Source of the DNA: Pseudomonadota bacterium
Lineage (GTDB): Bacteria > Pseudomonadota > Alphaproteobacteria > GCA-2746255
Direction of reading: 5' to 3'
Assembly (NCBI GenBank): GCA_040752895.1
Contig: JBFMHN010000005.1
Location: 139,626 to 203,625 of the forward strand
Length of the DNA: 64,000 nt
The stretch's first letter is position 1, and every line of letters begins with the position of its first letter. The notes below the pieces were generated by a model that had not been told where the DNA came from, searched no databases, and was given only the letters and a program-made list of their open reading frames with translations. This document shows positions 1 to 9,755 of the stretch, in pieces. The position numbers and the translations under genes are program-made.

Positions 1-549
1 AGGACCGTCGCGTCGCGGCTTTCGTCGTCGCCCGGGCGCGGCGGTGCCGAAGCGCTTGTTTTTGCTACTGAACTTCGTCCCATCATCATGCCTTTCCACT
101 CTTTCGTGTGTTGGCATGACGGCGTTGGTCAGGCGGGAAGTCGAGGCAACTGTCTCCGCAGTCTTCAGATAAAGAAGTTGACTTGGCCGTGTGGAGACGA
201 ACGAGCCCCAGGCCCAGGATGCGCCCGACTTCCGCGATGCGCTCGTTCGGCGTCATCCGTTCAGGAGCGATGGCGTTGGGGCCTGCAAGGCTCGCGTGCA
301 TGTAATGGAGACCGTCCGCAAAGCGATGTCGATGGCGGGACGGTAGGGGTGGATTTCGAGAAACAGAAGTAAATTCAATCGCTTATCGCAGCCGCGCGCA
401 AACAAAGGAAGCCGCGCGCGCCCTCTCGCATGTAAGCGATTGACTCTCGCGTCTGGCGAGAACAAAAATAGAACCCGGCTTCGCCGGATGAACAGACCGG
501 CGTGCGAAGCTACACACCGGTTGGACCAGTCCGAGCGAAGGAAAAGGGG

Positions 550-2481
550 ATGAACGAACTCCCAGGGGGCGACGTTGCCGAAAGCGAGAACGATCAGGAT
601 GGCCGCCGGCCGCACCACCGCATCCTGAACCTGGAGGTGGTGGGCGGGTTTCTCGACGGCACCCGGCTCGAGTTCACCGACGGACTCAACTGCATCATCG
701 GCGGCCGCGGCACCGGCAAGACCACGGTCCTCGAGTTCATCCGTTACATCCTCGGCATGATGCCCGATCCCGCCGACAGCCGGCCGCGTGCCAAGGCCAT
801 CGAAGGCCACGTGCGCGGCAATCTTGGCAGCGGCACGATCTATCTTGATGTTGAGACCAAGCACGGCACCCGGTATCGCGCCGAGCGGCCATGGGGCGAC
901 GACGTCCAGGTCCTGGACAGCGACGGCGATCCGATTCCCGTGTCGCTCGACCGCGATCTCGTGTTCAAGGCCGACATCTACAGCCAGAATGAGATCGAGG
1001 AGATTGCGACCAATCCGCGGTTCCAGCTCTCGCTCATCGACAAGTTTGCCGAGGAGGCGATCCGCGCGGCCAGCGTCGAGATTCAAAAGGCCAAGCGCGC
1101 CATCCAGCAGAGCGCCACCGATCTCCGGCATCTCGACCAGCGCATCCGCGAACTTCAGGACGTGGTCCCCGAGATCGAAGTTGTCGGCAAGCGCCTTCAG
1201 GAAATGCAGGTGGTCGAGGGCGCGGACGCGCAGCTGATCAACGCGGCCCACGCGCACAAGGCGCTGCGGACCCGGGAGACGGAGGCTGTCACCGATCTGC
1301 GCCGGGCGGTCGGGGCAGCCGCCGCGAGCTTCCGACGCTTTGCCGACTCGGTCGCGGAGGATTGCGCGAACGCCATTGGCGACGGATTCCGCGAGGGCCC
1401 GAATGGCGACCTGTTCGAGGAGATGGAGACCGCCGTCGAGGAGTTCGTCAGCGTATTCCGGGACGCCGTGCCCAAGGTCGAGAGTCGATGCAACGCTCTC
1501 ACCTCACGCCTCGACGACGTGACGCATCGGCTTGCGGCCGCGCATGCCCGGCAGGAGCAGCAATATCGCGAGATCATCGCCCGCTCGGCGCAGGAGCAGC
1601 AGCGGGCGGCCGAGCGGGCGAAGCTGCAGCAGCGGCATCTCGCGTTGACCAAGGCGCGGCACGAGCTGGATGGCCTGCGCCAGAAGCGGAAGGCGCTGGA
1701 GGCCAGCCACCGCCAGATGAACACGAAGCTGTCAGAGCTGCGCGACCGGCGGTTCGGGCTGCGCAAGGAAGTGGCCGAACGGCTCTCCGCCGCGCTCGGT
1801 CCGACCATCCGAGTGTCCATCACCCAGTCCGGTGACCGTTCCGGCTACGAGGCCCTGCTCAAGGACATGCTCAAGGGGAGCGGCCTTCAGTACAACCGCA
1901 TCGTCTCGCGCCTCGTCGAGAGCGTGTCGCCTGAGGAGCTGTCGCGGATCGTCCGCAAGGGCGATGCGGCACGTCTTGCCGAGGATGGCGGCATCGCCGA
2001 GGACCAGGCGCTCCGCATCGTCACCCATCTCCAGGATGGCGACGATACGGCCAAGCTGGAGACGATCGATCTGGAGGACGAGCCGCTGATCGCGCTCAAG
2101 GACGGCGCCGATTTCAAGAACTCGGCGGACCTGTCCACGGGCCAGCGCTGCACCGTCATCCTGCCGATCCTGCTGCTCGAAAGCGAGCGGCCGCTGCTGA
2201 TCGATCAGCCGGAGGACAATCTCGATAACGCCTTCGTCTACCACGCCATCGTCAAGAGCCTGCGCGAGGTGAAGGCCAGCCGGCAGCTGATCTTCGTGAC
2301 CCACAACCCGAACATCCCCGTCCTCGGCGAGGCGGAAAGGGTGTTCGTCTTCACCTCCGACGGCCGGCGCGGCGCCGTCTCCCACGTGGGAACGGTGGAT
2401 ACCGTGAAGGAGCAGATCGAGCACCTGCTCGAAGGCGGCAAGGAAGCCTTCGTCCTCCGCATGCAGAAGTACGGCCACTGA
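550..2481 (+). CDS. SMC/RecN-like ABC-type ATPase with central coiled coil
   Basis: Walker A GGRGTGKTT near the N-terminus. Long Q/R/E/A-rich coiled-coil middle. C-terminal ABC signature-like LSTGQR, Walker B LLIDQPEDNLD and H-loop VTHN. Start at 550 chosen because AAGGGG sits upstream of that ATG (the six-frame ORF opens at 502). Confidence 0.7.
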   Translation: MNELPGGDVAESENDQDGRRPHHRILNLEVVGGFLDGTRLEFTDGLNCIIGGRGTGKTTVLEFIRYILGMMPDPADSRPRAKAIEGHVRGNLGSGTIYLDVETKHGTRYRAERPWGDDVQVLDSDGDPIPVSLDRDLVFKADIYSQNEIEEIATNPRFQLSLIDKFAEEAIRAASVEIQKAKRAIQQSATDLRHLDQRIRELQDVVPEIEVVGKRLQEMQVVEGADAQLINAAHAHKALRTRETEAVTDLRRAVGAAAASFRRFADSVAEDCANAIGDGFREGPNGDLFEEMETAVEEFVSVFRDAVPKVESRCNALTSRLDDVTHRLAAAHARQEQQYREIIARSAQEQQRAAERAKLQQRHLALTKARHELDGLRQKRKALEASHRQMNTKLSELRDRRFGLRKEVAERLSAALGPTIRVSITQSGDRSGYEALLKDMLKGSGLQYNRIVSRLVESVSPEELSRIVRKGDAARLAEDGGIAEDQALRIVTHLQDGDDTAKLETIDLEDEPLIALKDGADFKNSADLSTGQRCTVILPILLLESERPLLIDQPEDNLDNAFVYHAIVKSLREVKASRQLIFVTHNPNIPVLGEAERVFVFTSDGRRGAVSHVGTVDTVKEQIEHLLEGGKEAFVLRMQKYGH

Positions 2482-2491
2482 GGCGGCCGCC

Positions 2492-3616
2492 ATGACGGAG
2501 GAGGAAGAGCAGACCCTGCTCGGGGATCTCGACGCGGACGACTGGGGCACGGTCCGGGAAGCCATCGAGCAGGTGGGAGACTGGCTTCGCACGCAGCATG
2601 TCGATGACCTCCTGAGGTCGGAGCTCGCGTCCCGCCTCCTGCGCCTGTCCTCCCATCCCAAGTGGGAGGTCCGCAAGGCCGTTGCCCACGCGGTGCTCTT
2701 CCTCCGTCACGATGCCTTTCCCGCGGTGATCGCCCGGATCGTCGAGGATGAGAACGCCTGGGTCCGCGAGGCGGCGCGGAAGACCCTGCAGCGGCGCAGC
2801 GAACTCAGCCGGGCCGATATTCATGGCGACAGCCGCGGCGACACGATCCTCGGCCTCCTCTCCGCCCTGGAGGCCCGCTACGGGCTGCGCGCGCGGCGGG
2901 CGGCGCTCAATGTCGCCGACCATCTGCATCACCGCTTCGTGCGCGAGGCGTACCACGAGATCGTTCGGATCATCTCGCCGCTCGATGCCTCGCTCCTCAA
3001 CCTGGAAAAGGAGCTCCAGGGCATACCGGGTGTCCCCGACCACACGCTTCTCCATGCGCGCCGGGCCCAGGCGCGCGTGCGGCTGATCACCGAATTCCTG
3101 GACAATCTCCGGGCGTTCACGACCGAGGCGCCGGCCGAGTTTGCCCTGGAGGCTCTGGTCCCCATCGTGAAGGAGGCCGCCGAGCTTGCCCTCAGCCACG
3201 TCGAGCTTCCCACCGCCGGCATCGACGTGCGCCAGGAGGTCGACGGCTCCTTGAACCTGGAAGCGAACCGCTCGCGGCTGCTGCAGGCCCTCATCAACAT
3301 CATCGTGAACGCCGTCGAGGCCTGTTCGAACCAGCCGCGCCGCGGCGTCCTGACCATCTCCGCCACCCCGCAGACGGATTCGCATATCAAGATCACGGTC
3401 ACCGATAACGGCTGCGGCATGAGCGAGGAGGCGCTGCGCGACTGCGTTCTGCTCTACAGCTCGGGCAAGGCCAACGGGATGGGCTTCGGCCTTCCGCTGG
3501 CAAAGAAGATCATCGAGATCGACCATCAGGGAACGCTGTCGATCGAGAGCCGCGACGGCGTGGGCACCACTGTGACGGTGATCCTGCCCGTAGAGCAGGC
3601 GCGTTCGGAGGACTGA
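2492..3616 (+). CDS. cytoplasmic sensor histidine kinase, HEAT-repeat N-terminus with HWE/HisKA_2-type H-box and HATPase_c
   Basis: HEAT-like repeats (HPKWEVRKAVAHAV..., ENAWVREAARKTL). H-box-like ADHLHHRFVREAYHEIVRII. HATPase_c motifs ITVTDNGCGM and GMGFGLPLAKKIIE. No transmembrane segment. Starts 11 nt after the ATPase gene ends. Confidence 0.7.
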   Translation: MTEEEEQTLLGDLDADDWGTVREAIEQVGDWLRTQHVDDLLRSELASRLLRLSSHPKWEVRKAVAHAVLFLRHDAFPAVIARIVEDENAWVREAARKTLQRRSELSRADIHGDSRGDTILGLLSALEARYGLRARRAALNVADHLHHRFVREAYHEIVRIISPLDASLLNLEKELQGIPGVPDHTLLHARRAQARVRLITEFLDNLRAFTTEAPAEFALEALVPIVKEAAELALSHVELPTAGIDVRQEVDGSLNLEANRSRLLQALINIIVNAVEACSNQPRRGVLTISATPQTDSHIKITVTDNGCGMSEEALRDCVLLYSSGKANGMGFGLPLAKKIIEIDHQGTLSIESRDGVGTTVTVILPVEQARSED

Positions 3617-3621
3617 CTCCG

Positions 3622-4398
3622 ATGGCCGATCGCCACATCGCTCTCATTGTGGAGGATGAGCCGGAGATGGCCGCCGAGCTTGCCGATCTCCTGCGGTCCT
3701 TCGGGCACGATCACCTGCATGCCGAAACCCTCGCCGATGCCAGAGCGTGTCTCGATGAAGGCGGCTTCTGCTACGTGCTGCTCGATCTGCAGATCAAGGC
3801 GGACGGTCAGTCGATCAAGCCGAGGGTGGAATCGGGCATGTCGCTTCTGCGCGAGATACGCAAGCGCTTCCCCCATCGCAGCGCCAACGACATGCATCTC
3901 GTGCCGGTGCTCGTGATCAGCGGGCACGGCAAGGAACCGAAGAACATCATCAGCGCATTCAAGGACGGCATCAACGACTTCATCATGAAGCCGCTCAGCG
4001 TCGACGGCCAGGACGTCGGCGCCAAGATCCGCCGCTGCCTGGAGCTCGCCGGCCGAAGCGACCACGACGCCTGCGAAGCGTGCACTCGTGCGGCGGCGGC
4101 CGGTCCGGCCGAGAAGCAGTACAATGGGACGGCGTTCTGGCACGCGTCCGACTACTCGGAGATTCGCCTGCGCGGCGAGCCCTATTACTTCACGGGCGAG
4201 ATTCAGCAGGCCGCGATCCGCTTTCTCCACGCGGCGGCGCAGACGGACGAACCATGGCGTTCGGGCAAGATCGTGCTGCAGGCGGCCAAGTCGAATGACA
4301 CGAACATGCGGATGGTCAACCTGTTCGGCCGCCATCCGGCCTGGGGCGTGCTGCTGCTCTCGAACGGGCGAGGGAAATACCGTCTAAGGACCGAGTAG
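3622..4398 (+). CDS. response regulator (REC domain) with an uncharacterized ~120 aa C-terminal output domain
   Basis: REC motifs: IALIVEDEP..., acceptor Asp in YVLLDLQIK, and VPVLVISGHG. The C-terminal half has no recognisable DNA-binding or enzymatic motif. Starts 6 nt after the kinase gene. Confidence 0.7.
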   Translation: MADRHIALIVEDEPEMAAELADLLRSFGHDHLHAETLADARACLDEGGFCYVLLDLQIKADGQSIKPRVESGMSLLREIRKRFPHRSANDMHLVPVLVISGHGKEPKNIISAFKDGINDFIMKPLSVDGQDVGAKIRRCLELAGRSDHDACEACTRAAAAGPAEKQYNGTAFWHASDYSEIRLRGEPYYFTGEIQQAAIRFLHAAAQTDEPWRSGKIVLQAAKSNDTNMRMVNLFGRHPAWGVLLLSNGRGKYRLRTE

Positions 4399-4538
4399 TC
4401 CTTCGCAAACCCGGCCATCACCGGTCCATCACTGGGCCGGTACGCTCCAGCGGCGATCCGCCGCCGGTCCTGCGGACAGCGTTACTCCGCAGGACCATCC
4501 TCTCCGCAGGTTTTCGTTGAAGGCCGAAGGAGAGGAGC

Positions 4539-4724
4539 GTGACCGTCCGACATCTCACCCAAGTTGAACTTGCCCAGCGCTGGCGGATCAGCCCGCGCAC
4601 GCTGGAGCGCTGGCGCTGGCTCGGCCAGGGGCCGCGATATCTCAAGATCGGCGGGCGCGTCGTCTATCGACTCGAAGATGTCGAGGCCTTCGAAGACGAG
4701 AAGCGGCAGGAGGCAGGCCGATGA
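4539..4724 (+). CDS. AlpA/excisionase-like HTH DNA-binding protein (prophage regulatory protein)
   Basis: 61 aa. The segment LTQVELAQRWRISPRTLERWRWLGQGPRYLKIGGRVVYRLEDVEAF is typical of the AlpA/Xis HTH family. Sits at the left edge of the phage gene block. Confidence 0.7.
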   Translation: MTVRHLTQVELAQRWRISPRTLERWRWLGQGPRYLKIGGRVVYRLEDVEAFEDEKRQEAGR

Positions 4725-5161
4725 CGGCAGGTCTTCAGAGTCGCGATTTCGCGGAATCCCGCACGGATAACTTTGTTTTCTCTCCGGTTCGCGGGCGAAA
4801 CCGCGCGAAATCATTCGAATTGGTGCCCGCAGCGCGAGCCGGTATTTCAATGGGGATGAAGATCCCCGAGCCCATCCGCACCATCGTCACCAGCGAAGCC
4901 GCGCTGTTCGGCTGGTTCGAGACGGCCCGGCCCGGCGAGCGCTTCACCTATCACATCGGCCACCTGGCAGTGGATCGCGCGCGGGAGACCTCGGGCCTGG
5001 CCGCAGGCGCGCGCGAGGCACTCGGCCGCGTCGCCGATCGCGTCATGGCGCTGGCCGGGCAGGAGATGCTGATCGCCGTGCAGCAGCGGCTCGACGATGG
5101 CCGCATGGCCTATCTCGCGATCAAGGCGGGCATGCGCGCCGCCAGGACGTGTGCGCGATGA
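4721..5161 (+). CDS. hypothetical phage protein
   Basis: ORF overlaps the AlpA-like gene by 4 nt. No recognisable motifs. Confidence 0.35.
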   Translation: MTAGLQSRDFAESRTDNFVFSPVRGRNRAKSFELVPAARAGISMGMKIPEPIRTIVTSEAALFGWFETARPGERFTYHIGHLAVDRARETSGLAAGAREALGRVADRVMALAGQEMLIAVQQRLDDGRMAYLAIKAGMRAARTCAR

Positions 5162-5327
5162 CGGCCCGACCGGCACTCGACGACGTCCGGCACATGCCGG
5201 TGCGCGATCTGCTCGCTCTGCCAGCGGAGCAGTTGGTTCGGCTCCGCCGCGAAGCCCGCATGGCCCGCGAAACAGCTGACCGCCTCGAGCGGTGGCTCGA
5301 CGGCATCGCCCGGATCCAGGGAGGAGC

Positions 5328-6164
5328 ATGATGGCGCTCAAGATCGTCACGGCCGACGAGCGTCTGGCCGAAGCCAACAACAAGACCACCCTCGCGATCT
5401 TCGGGCCGAGCGGTGTCGGCAAGACCTCGCTGCTGAAGACGCTGCCCGCGCGCGAGACGCTCTGTATCGATCTCGAAGCGGGCATGAAGTCGGTCCAGGA
5501 CTGGCCCGGCGACAGCATCCCCGTGCGCACTTTCGCCGACGCGATCGACATCGGCTGCCTCGTGGGCGGCGTCGATCCCGCAGTGCCGCCGGACGGGTTC
5601 TTCTCGGAGGCCCACTACCAGCACCTGGCGGCGACCAATCCGAATCTGGTCCGCCTGATCGCCTCCAAGCGGATCATCTTCGTCGACAGCATCACGGACC
5701 TGACGCGCCAGGCGATGGCGTGGGCGCGGATGCGGCCGGAGGCCTTCTCGGAGAAGACCGGCAAGCCCGATACCCGCGGCGCCTACGGGCTGCTCGCGCG
5801 CGAGGTCATCGGGCTTCTGAAGCACCTGCAGCACGCGCAGGCGAAGACCGTGATCTTCGTCGGGATCCTGGAGAAGGTCACTGACGAGCTCAGCCGCGCC
5901 GTCTGGCAGCCGCAGATGGAGGGCGGCAAGGCAGGCCGCGAGCTGCCGGGCATCGTCGATCAGGTTATCAGCATGAGCTTCTTCAGCGCCGACGGCGACA
6001 GCTGGCGGCACGAGCCGGAGCGCGGCGAGACCCGGCGCCTGGTCTGCCGCGCCGGCAATCCCTTTGGCCTCCCCGCCAAGGACCGCTCCGGCCGCCTCGA
6101 CGTAACCGAGCCCCCAGACCTCGGCGCCCTCCTCTCCAAGATCAACGCGACCACGAAAGGATGA
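5328..6164 (+). CDS. AAA_24 / Sak4-like phage recombination ATPase
   Basis: Walker A LAIFGPSGVGKTSL right after the N-terminus. Size and downstream DUF669-like partner fit the Sak4 family. GGAGGAG RBS and ATGATG start overlapping the upstream stop. Confidence 0.65.
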   Translation: MMALKIVTADERLAEANNKTTLAIFGPSGVGKTSLLKTLPARETLCIDLEAGMKSVQDWPGDSIPVRTFADAIDIGCLVGGVDPAVPPDGFFSEAHYQHLAATNPNLVRLIASKRIIFVDSITDLTRQAMAWARMRPEAFSEKTGKPDTRGAYGLLAREVIGLLKHLQHAQAKTVIFVGILEKVTDELSRAVWQPQMEGGKAGRELPGIVDQVISMSFFSADGDSWRHEPERGETRRLVCRAGNPFGLPAKDRSGRLDVTEPPDLGALLSKINATTKG

Positions 6165-6886
6165 ATCCCATGACCTTCGACATGAACGACGCCGAGCCCC
6201 AGAAGACCGGCGAGCTCATCCCGGACGGCACCTTCGCCAAGGTGGCGATGGCGATCCGCAAGGGCGGCACGGACGGCCAAGCCGAGATCGATCGCGGCCT
6301 GCTCAAGGCCTCGAACTCGCCCGGCAGCGACGTGCTCATGCTCGACTGCGAGTTCACCGTGACCGAGGGACCGCATGCCCGGCGCAAGTTCTGGCAGATG
6401 TTCACCGTCCAGGGTGGCAAGGTGGACGAGCATGGCGTCTCGATCGGCTGGAAGATCTCCAAGAGCACCTTCCGCGCCATGATCGACTCGGCGCTCGGCC
6501 TCGATCCCGCCGACATGAGCGAGGCGGCGAAGGCGAAGCGCATCCTGCGCGGTCTCGCCGACTTGGGCGGCATCACCTTCGTCGCCAAGATCAAGATCGA
6601 GCCCTCCGAGGACCCCCGCTACGGCGACAGCAACAAGCTCGACCGCGTGGTCCTGCCGAGCGAGCCGGAATGGCGCAAGGTGATGGACGGCGAGGTCCTG
6701 CCTGCGAGCCCGAGCACCCGCGCCCGCCCGAAATCTGCTGCGCCGGCGGCGCAGCCGGCCTGGAACCAGGCGGCTCCCACCCAGCCGCCGGCACAGGCCG
6801 CCGCCCCGGCCTGGGCCAACGCAGGTGCGTCCACGCCGCCGCAGCCCGCCGGCAAACCCACCGGGCCCGCCTGGCTCAACAGCTGA
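6161..6886 (+). CDS. DUF669-like phage protein (partner of Sak4-type ATPases) with Pro/Ala-rich C-terminal tail
   Basis: N-terminal pattern FDMNDAEP...LIPDGTFAKVAMAI...FTVTEGPHARRKFWQMF matches the DUF669 signature. Start overlaps the stop of the ATPase gene. Confidence 0.5.
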   Translation: MNPMTFDMNDAEPQKTGELIPDGTFAKVAMAIRKGGTDGQAEIDRGLLKASNSPGSDVLMLDCEFTVTEGPHARRKFWQMFTVQGGKVDEHGVSIGWKISKSTFRAMIDSALGLDPADMSEAAKAKRILRGLADLGGITFVAKIKIEPSEDPRYGDSNKLDRVVLPSEPEWRKVMDGEVLPASPSTRARPKSAAPAAQPAWNQAAPTQPPAQAAAPAWANAGASTPPQPAGKPTGPAWLNS

Positions 6887-6891
6887 CCGCC

Positions 6892-7119
6892 ATGACCGAT
6901 GACGAGTGGCAGGCGCACGTGACGCGCGAAGCGGCAAAGGAGGTCGGCAAATGGCTCGAAGGGCGCGGAAGGCTCAATCAGCCCATCGCCGCCCTCACCA
7001 TGGCCGACCTCGAGGCCATGGCCTCGAATGCGATCTCCCGCTTCATCGTCCTGGCCTCGCGGCGGATCAAGGAGCAGCCCACCGGCTACGAGGACCTGAC
7101 CCGGCTCTTGCTCGGGTAG
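6892..7119 (+). CDS. hypothetical small phage protein
   Basis: Internal ATG of ORF 6670-7119. The upstream part of that ORF overlaps the preceding gene's C-terminus in another frame. Confidence 0.3.
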   Translation: MTDDEWQAHVTREAAKEVGKWLEGRGRLNQPIAALTMADLEAMASNAISRFIVLASRRIKEQPTGYEDLTRLLLG

Positions 7120-7498
7120 AGCCCTGCGCCCTGTGCGGGCGTGAGGCGCGCGGCTTCGGCTACGTCCACCGGCTGCAGTGGGACCGATTTCCGCACCACC
7201 GCTTCTGCTCAATGCGCTGCCTCGACGCCGGTTCGGCCCTCGCGAACAGGAACAACGGAATGATCGACAAGACCGAGATGGAGATCCGCGCGATCAAGGA
7301 TGCCCGCCGCTTCCTGGCCGAGGCGCTCACCGAGCTCGGCCTGATGGCGCCCTTTCATGACCGCAGCGCGGCCGAGATCGACCGCATTATCGAGGCCTGC
7401 ATCGATGGGTTCCAGGAGTCGATGCGCCGCCAGTCCGAGGAAGGGACGCGCAGCGACGAGCTGAACGATCCCATCCCTTTTTGAGGAGGCCGGCCGCC

Positions 7499-7714
7499 AT
7501 GATGGATCTGAACCATGACGGTCCGGCCAGAAACTGGCTGGCGCTGCTCGCGGCGGCAGAAGCCAACGCCGAGACGGAGTTCGAGATCGAATTCTGCGCC
7601 AGCCTGCGCGAAAAGCTCGACGCCTATGGCGATCGCGCCCGTCTGACGCCCGCACAGGAATACAAGCTGCACTGCATCGCTGAAGCCGGCGGCTTCTGGG
7701 AGCGCAGCGCATGA
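7499..7714 (+). CDS. hypothetical small phage protein (N-terminus MMDLNH)
   Basis: ORF 7481-7714. Its start lies in the conserved CATGATGGATCTGAACCA motif. Confidence 0.35.
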   Translation: MMDLNHDGPARNWLALLAAAEANAETEFEIEFCASLREKLDAYGDRARLTPAQEYKLHCIAEAGGFWERSA

Positions 7715-8475
7715 TCGATCTGAACCACGGCTCGGGCGCCGTCTATGGCGGCACCATCACCGGCGGGACGGCGACCCGCATCAATGCGCTTGTCGACGGC
7801 GCCCTCGTCAAGCGCCATCGCCGGCAGGCTCCACGCGACTATCTCGGCGGAAGCCGCATCGGCGAGCCCTGTGCGCGCCGGCTCGTCTATGAGATCAGCC
7901 ATGCACCGCCGGACGAGGGCCGCGAGTCCGATGGCACCATTTTGCGCATCTTCGAGGCCGGTCATCGCTTCGAGACGCTCTCGATCGGCTGGCTGCGTGC
8001 CGCGGGCTTCGATCTCTGGACAGAGCGCCGCGACGGCGGCCAGTTCGGCTTCTCGGCCGCCGGCGGCCGGCTGCGCGGCCATATCGACGGCGTCATCGTC
8101 GGCGGGCCCGATGTCGGCATCGCCTGGCCGGCTCTCTGGGAGCACAAGGCGCTCAACGCCAAATCCTGGAACGACCTGGTCAAGCGGGGCCTGGCGGTCT
8201 CGAAGCCGATCTACTTCGCGCAGGTCCAGCTCTACATGGCCTACATGGAGCTCGCGGTCGCGCTTTTCACCGCGATCAACAAGGACACCCAGGCGCTCTA
8301 TCACGAAGCCGTCGCCTTCGATGCGGCTGAGGCCCAGGCGCTCTCCAACAAGGCGGTCGAGATCATCCGTGCCGCGGAAGCAGGCGAGCTGCCGCCGCGC
8401 ATCGCTACGGCGCCCGACTTCTATCTCTGCCGTCTGTGTCCTTATCAGCAACGCTGCTGGGAGGGCGCGCCATGA
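7711..8475 (+). CDS. PD-(D/E)XK family exonuclease (YqaJ/RecB/Cas4-like) with C-terminal Cys cluster
   Basis: Motif GHIDGV...WEHKALN (D...EhK) and C-terminal CRLCPYQQRC. Placed in the replication/recombination module. Confidence 0.6.
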   Translation: MIDLNHGSGAVYGGTITGGTATRINALVDGALVKRHRRQAPRDYLGGSRIGEPCARRLVYEISHAPPDEGRESDGTILRIFEAGHRFETLSIGWLRAAGFDLWTERRDGGQFGFSAAGGRLRGHIDGVIVGGPDVGIAWPALWEHKALNAKSWNDLVKRGLAVSKPIYFAQVQLYMAYMELAVALFTAINKDTQALYHEAVAFDAAEAQALSNKAVEIIRAAEAGELPPRIATAPDFYLCRLCPYQQRCWEGAP

Positions 8476-9746
8476 CCTTCACGCCCTCCGCGCTCCAGGC
8501 GAAGGCCATCGAGGCCATCAAAGACTGGTTCACGAACCGCACGGCGGAGAACCAGGTGTTCCGGGTCTTCGGCTATGCAGGGACCGGAAAGACGACGATC
8601 ACGAAGCACGCGATTGCCGAGCTGGGATTGGACGGGGGCGTCCTCTACGCCGCGTTCACCGGCAAGGCGGCGCTGGTCATGACCCGCAAGGGGACGCCGG
8701 CCTCGACCATCCATTCGCTGATCTACCGCGTCTCGGAGGCGACGCCGGCCGAGATCGAGCGGATCAAGCAGGAGATCGCCGACCTCAAGGCGAAGCTACC
8801 CGCCATGGGCACCGCCGAGCGCCTGTTTGCGGACTCGCAGCTGCGTTCGCTCGAGCTCCGCCTTGCCGACATCCACAAGCCGCGCTTTGTGCTGAACGAG
8901 CAGTCCGCGCTCCGCGAGGCCAAGCTTCTCGTGCTCGACGAGGTGTCGATGGTGGGCGACGACATGGCACGCGACCTCCTCGCCTTCGGCAAGCCGATCC
9001 TGGTGCTGGGCGATCCCGGTCAGCTCCCGCCGGTCAAGGGCGAAGGCGCCTTCACCAAGGATGCGCCCGACGTCCTCCTCACCGAGGTGCACCGGCAGGC
9101 GGGCGACAGCGCCATCATCCGCCTGGCCACGCTCGCGCGCGAAGGCACGCCGATCCCCTACGGCGAGCACGACGCCTTCGTGTGGAAGATGCGCAGGCAG
9201 GATATCGCGCCCGAGCAGATGCTGCGCGGCGGACAGGTCATCTGTGGCAGGAACGCGACCCGCATCCAGCTCAACCTTGCCATGAAGCGCGCGGCCGGCT
9301 TCGAGGGCGTCTATCCCATCGGGCACGGCGAGAAGATCATCTGCCTCAAGAACCGCAACGACCTCGGCCTCGTCAACGGCATGTTCCTCGACCTCACCGA
9401 GATCGAGGACGAGGACGAGCTCTCCTTCACCGCCGTCATCGACACCGAGGATGGCGAGAAGATCGGCGGCGCCAACGGCACGCGCGAGCGTTTCCGCATC
9501 TACAAGGGGCATTTCGATGAGCACGTCGCGCCCGACCGCGAGCGCGAGCGGCGCGATCACTGGAAGAAGAAGACGCTGATCGAAGCGGTGTGGGGCTGGG
9601 CCATCACCTGCCACAAGTCCCAGGGCTCGCAATGGGAGAATGTGATCGTCTTCGACGACGGTCTCGCGCGCACCGCCGAGGACCGCGCCCGCTGGCTCTA
9701 CACCGCCATCACCCGCGCCGAGCGCGGCCTCGTGATCCTCGATTGA
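8472..9746 (+). CDS. RecD/Dda/Pif1-like SF1 DNA helicase
   Basis: Walker A GYAGTGKTT, Walker B LLVLDEVSMV and C-terminal AITCHKSQGSQWENVIVF (UvrD_C_2-like). ATGA start/stop overlap with the exonuclease gene. Confidence 0.7.
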   Translation: MTFTPSALQAKAIEAIKDWFTNRTAENQVFRVFGYAGTGKTTITKHAIAELGLDGGVLYAAFTGKAALVMTRKGTPASTIHSLIYRVSEATPAEIERIKQEIADLKAKLPAMGTAERLFADSQLRSLELRLADIHKPRFVLNEQSALREAKLLVLDEVSMVGDDMARDLLAFGKPILVLGDPGQLPPVKGEGAFTKDAPDVLLTEVHRQAGDSAIIRLATLAREGTPIPYGEHDAFVWKMRRQDIAPEQMLRGGQVICGRNATRIQLNLAMKRAAGFEGVYPIGHGEKIICLKNRNDLGLVNGMFLDLTEIEDEDELSFTAVIDTEDGEKIGGANGTRERFRIYKGHFDEHVAPDRERERRDHWKKKTLIEAVWGWAITCHKSQGSQWENVIVFDDGLARTAEDRARWLYTAITRAERGLVILD

Positions 9747-9755
9747 GGCGCGCGC

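Noticed and set aside
86-301. 71 aa minus-strand ORF with an HTH-like stretch (ERIAEVGRILGLGLVRL) near the window start
   Set aside because: Too short and too close to the window edge to assign. Could be a small regulator or a gene fragment. Left uncalled.
253-1257. 334 aa ORF on the minus strand overlapping the ATPase gene
   Set aside because: Antisense to a well-supported gene with clear ATPase motifs. Composition is typical of spurious high-GC antisense frames. No motifs.
1732-3526. 314 aa and 391 aa minus-strand ORFs across the ATPase and kinase genes
   Set aside because: Antisense artefacts of GC-rich coding sequence. They overlap confidently called plus-strand genes.
7745-9520. 591 aa plus-strand ORF rich in Ala/Arg/Ser/Pro
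   Set aside because: Alternate frame of the exonuclease and helicase genes. Low-complexity composition typical of off-frame high-GC translation.
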